This document shows, in pieces, positions 8,698 through 11,639 of a DNA stretch of 11,639 nt (within the stretch, counting starts at the first letter, position 1; each line of letters opens with the position of its first letter). The position numbers were made by a program, and so were the translations under genes. This stretch comes from Octopus sinensis (Eukaryota), in assembly GCF_006345805.1 (NCBI RefSeq), contig NW_021826941.1, positions 1 to 11,639 on the forward strand, read 5' to 3'. The notes below the pieces were generated by a model that saw nothing but the letters and a program-made list of their open reading frames with translations, was not told the origin of the DNA and made no database searches.

Positions 8698-8826
8698 AAT
8701 TAAAATTATTTGGAAGTCGAATCTCTTCTGAGGCGTGCTGAGTAAACGGCTGCAAACCGGTAACAGTATACCTTAAACTACCCCTGAAGAGATTCGACTT
8801 TCAAATTATTTTTAATTTAGGTAATT

Positions 8827-8866
8827 AAGTCTCTGACGATCTGGAATTGAAACAGCTGTAAAGGAT
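8827..8866 (+). ncRNA. Minimal type-I hammerhead-like motif (Penelope-type), probably degenerate
   Basis: CTGACGA (8833-8839), 9 nt, GAAA (8849-8852), C-AGCT-G, then TA (cleavage would follow 8860). Palindromic helix III ACAGCTGT. Helix II lacks a canonical closing pair and helix I is weak. Confidence 0.45.
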
Positions 8867-9151
8867 GTTTGTCAACTTTTTAATTAATGAATAATAATTT
8901 ATTAATTACTTCTCTATTTTCTCATCTTATTGTAATAAATAAATATATATAAACCACGGTTTATATAGTTACCTTGCAGTTGAGTATTATATATAATGGT
9001 CAATATTCTTTGTATCGGTAACTAACCAGTACTTTCATAGGATTTTGCTGTCCCTCAATGAGGTTTGTAACCTTTATTTGTGCTTATATATCTTAAATTA
9101 CGATGAAAGTCAACAAATTTTGCTTTAGAAGCGTTGAGATGTATTGAAGGA

Positions 9152-9360
9152 TACAGAAATAATTTATTCTCAAACGCATGAGACTCGAACTCACATCCAG
9201 GTGGTACCACGAAGAGGTCGAAGTAGGACTTGGGGCTTACCTCACACTTTGGAAGTTTTAGCCCAGTATGATGCTCACCCAACAAGCACCCAGTGACTTT
9301 GTGGATAGTTTATCCTGTTCATGCTATTGTATTAGCATTTGAGAATAAATGATTTCTGTA
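9152..9360. mobile_element. MITE-like element with ~24-28-bp terminal inverted repeats and TA flanks (Tc1/mariner-type layout), carrying an RTE 5'-UTR/ribozyme fragment
   Basis: 9150-9177 GATACAGAAATAATTTATTCTCAAACGC matches the reverse complement of 9335-9362 at 26/28. The layout is TA|CAG...CTG|TA. Interior 9198-9305 matches 8358-8465 at 94/108 with no indels. Confidence 0.65.
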
Positions 9361-9364
9361 TCTT

Positions 9365-9441
9365 TTTATATATATAAACATACATTAATATATATATAAT
9401 ATTCATATATGTTATATATACGTGTGTGTAAACAATGTATG

Positions 9442-9489
<48 letters not shown>

Positions 9490-9570
9490 ATATTATATAT
9501 ATATATACATATGTATGTATACATACCACACTCACACACATACACATATGTATATAGTTTGTATACATAT
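9365..9570. repeat. Compound (TA)n/(TG)n/(CA)n/(TATG)n microsatellite
   Basis: Read directly. Confidence 0.95.
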
Positions 9571-9780
9571 AGAATGTATTAGGTATGTATGATTAGGTAA
9601 AAGGGCTTTCATTTTACTGTCAAAAACCGAAGAGGAAAACATGGTCAGCGGTGTCAACTGCTCTGAAAGGCAAAGGAAATCTATTTCCGTATTTGGGTTT
9701 TTCACGTTTTCCGTTCATGATTTCCTTGGCCTCCAGCAAAACAATAAAGTCAAGAAATAAATATATGAGCAAAAAAAAGA

Positions 9781-9900
9781 AACATACATATACACAACTC
9801 TCTTCTCTCCTAACACACACACACATACACACATACACACACCACACACACACACACCCCACACACCACACACACACACAACACACTCAAACACAAGCAT
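9781..9900. repeat. Imperfect (CA)n-rich microsatellite
   Basis: Read directly. It explains the CV/HT-rich ORFs. Confidence 0.95.
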
Positions 9901-10358
9901 AATGCAATACATGTAAAAAAATATATGCTTATGCATCCATGTATGTATGTATAATATTACAGTATATTATAAACTATACAATACTATAATGATAATTATT
10001 GTAGTTATTAAATTTAGTTAGTAAGTCAAAAGTATTGTAATTTATAACTTGTTACAACAATATTATTTTGTTACTTCTGAAAGAATTAAGAAAATTTGGA
10101 TATATACTATTTATAGTCCTTTATATATAAAAAAATAATATTAATTATATTCATCGAGGACCGGTATTCAATCCTTGTTTTTTTATATATACTTAATTTT
10201 TATTTACTGAGTTCTCCTTTCTATAATATACGAATAATAATCCTTATTGAAGTAACTTCAAATCTGGTTACTTCTAAAGAACTAGTAATATTTTGATATC
10301 CATTAATATAGCACAACTCTATATCTATTGGGTATTTAGGTTGTAGTTACTGTACGTA

Positions 10359-10475
10359 ATATTTATTACAGAATTCTCCCTACGATAAATTAAGAACATT
10401 TCTGTTAGGGTTCTCTTCATATTTATTACGAAATTCCCCTTAAACTAAATAGACAAAGAACATTTTTTTGTTAGT
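10359..10475. repeat. Degenerate ~60-bp tandem duplication
   Basis: ATATTTATTACAGAATTCTCCC...AAGAACATTTCTGTTAG (from 10359) versus ATATTTATTACGAAATTCCCCT...AAGAACATTTTTTTGTTAG (from 10419). Confidence 0.6.
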
Positions 10476-11194
10476 TACTTTAAACAATCGTTTTTATATC
10501 AACAATTCTAATTAAAGAGAAGAGTTCTTATATACTACCAACATAATTATCATTTATATTTTTTACACGTTTTATAGCAGTTTCTAGATTAGGTAAGACC
10601 CTGATACTTAATTCATATACCAATATATTGTTGTTGAATGTTATTATAATAGCAAAAAATGGTCTTCGACCTAAACGAGTTTGGATTAATATCATTTGAG
10701 ATATATAGAAATACATTTAAATAGTTGTAGACTCTATTTACTTAATTATTTTGCTCGTTATAATTTTGTTGCTTTTTAATTGTTATTGTTATGTAGTTGA
10801 AAAGTTAACGATCACGCTCATAATACATAGGCATTTGAATTAACGTTTTTTTTTACAATCAAGCCGTCTTTTCACACGGAATTTCGTCTTTCTTTAAACC
10901 TTAGCTCTGATTAGACTTATATAAGTGTATTGAATTGTTTATAAATCAAATAATGTATATAAGTCGAAACAAATTTCGGTTTTTTTGATTTTAATGATTT
11001 TTTAAATGTTATATTATATTCATAGTATATTATGTTATAATATGAATAAATTATCGGATTGTCAATTGTATCTCCCCATTTATTATTTGTAATTTGCATT
11101 ATACCCATTTTGATGCAGTTTTCAACTGACGTACCAGTGAATTGGTTGTTTTACACATCCCTTTGAAGGAATTCCTTTCCTTAATTTGTTACTA

Positions 11195-11412
11195 CAAACA
11201 CACACACTCATCATCATCATCATCATTGTTCGACCGTATAAACAGATAAATATACAGAAAGATAGATAGACTGATAAATAGATAGTTAGATAGATTGATA
11301 AATAAGTTGATATAGGTATAGTTATACATGCATATCTATATATCAATCTATCTATCGATCATCTCCATCTCTTGTATATATATAAATATATACACACGCA
11401 TATATATATATA
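11195..11412. repeat. Compound (CA)n/(ATC)n/(GATA)n/(TATC)n/(TA)n microsatellite region
   Basis: Read directly. The terminal (TA)n abuts the SINE 3' end. Confidence 0.9.
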
Positions 11413-11639
11413 TTTCTTTACTACCCACAAGGGCTAAACATAGAGGGGACAAACAAGGACAGACAAGGGATTAAGTCGATTATCGACCCCAGTGTGTAAC
11501 TGGTACTTATTTAATCGACCCCGAAAGGATGAAAGGCAAAGTAGACCTCGGCGGAATTATGAACTCAGAACGTAGCGGCAGGCGAAATACAGCTACGCAT
11601 TTCGCCCGGCGTGCTAACGTTTCTGCCAGCTCACCGCCT
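11413..11639 (-). mobile_element. Second tRNA-derived SINE family (octopus-type) with a MetaSINE/Sauria-like central domain
   Basis: Minus-strand head AGGCGGTGAGCTGGCAGAAACGTTAG (A-box-like 11618-11628), B-box-like GAGTTCATAATTCC (11553-11566), central CTTTGCCTTTCATCCTTTCGGGGTCGATTAAATAAGTACC and a (TA)n tail. The head reaches the window edge. Superfamily assignment is from memory. Confidence 0.8.

Larger units (their letters stand above)
8593..8931. mobile_element. Foldback element: ~140-150-bp imperfect inverted arms (8593-8733 / 8781-8931) around a ~47-bp spacer
   Basis: For example AAAATTATTTGGAAGTCGAATCTCTTCTGAGG matches the reverse complement of CCCCTGAAGAGATTCGACTTTCAAATTATTTT, and CACAGCTGTTTCA matches TGAAACAGCTGTA. 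Similarity is roughly 80% by eye, with one ~11-nt indel. Confidence 0.85.

Noticed and set aside
8784-8812. Second hammerhead core CTGAAGA-GATTCGACTT-TCAAA in the foldback arm
   Set aside because: Both arms have CAAA instead of GAAA, and there is no helix III or cleavage triplet.
8281-9285. Paralogous ORFs 8281-8505 and 9055-9285 sharing LGEHHxGLKLPKxExSPKSYxDL as a duplicated protein exon
   Set aside because: Many of the differences are non-synonymous, the homology ends where the RNA fold and TIR context change, and the segment lies in an RTE 5' UTR. RNA structure explains it better.
9332-9936. ORFs rich in Y/I, C/V and H/T
   Set aside because: They are translations of (TA)n and (CA)n microsatellites.
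10528-10716. TRLGRRPFF as an MFS/SLC22 transporter loop motif
   Set aside because: A short motif in AT-rich DNA with no flanking transmembrane pattern in register and only weak splice sites.
11287-11354. 14-bp inverted repeat TAGATAGATTGATA / TATCAATCTATCTA
   Set aside because: Arises from adjacent (GATA)n and (TATC)n microsatellites, with no TSD or other element hallmarks.

Overview
AT-rich, microsatellite-dense eukaryotic non-coding DNA, probably from an octopus or other coleoid cephalopod. That assignment rests on two tRNA-derived SINE families I recognise from memory and have not verified. There is no intact protein-coding gene, and nearly all supplied ORFs are microsatellite artefacts or fragments of decayed retrotransposons. 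Main contents: (1) two copies of an R4/Dong-like LINE (restriction-like endonuclease, REL, type) joined 5'-to-5' with their 3' tails pointing outward (1404-2165 minus, 2167-4123 plus), the plus copy carrying an in-frame deletion of the endonuclease core; (2) two SINEs; (3) a both-ends-intact RTE-clade LINE on the minus strand (5382-8481) bounded by a 10-bp target-site duplication, whose first nucleotide coincides with the predicted cleavage site of an HDV-like ribozyme fold; (4) a ~340-bp foldback carrying two inverted minimal-hammerhead-like motifs; (5) a ~205-bp TA-flanked MITE-like element containing a second, better preserved copy of the HDV-like ribozyme core. One plausible host-gene exon (4649-4755, minus) is a low-confidence call. 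All alignments and RNA folds were done by eye.
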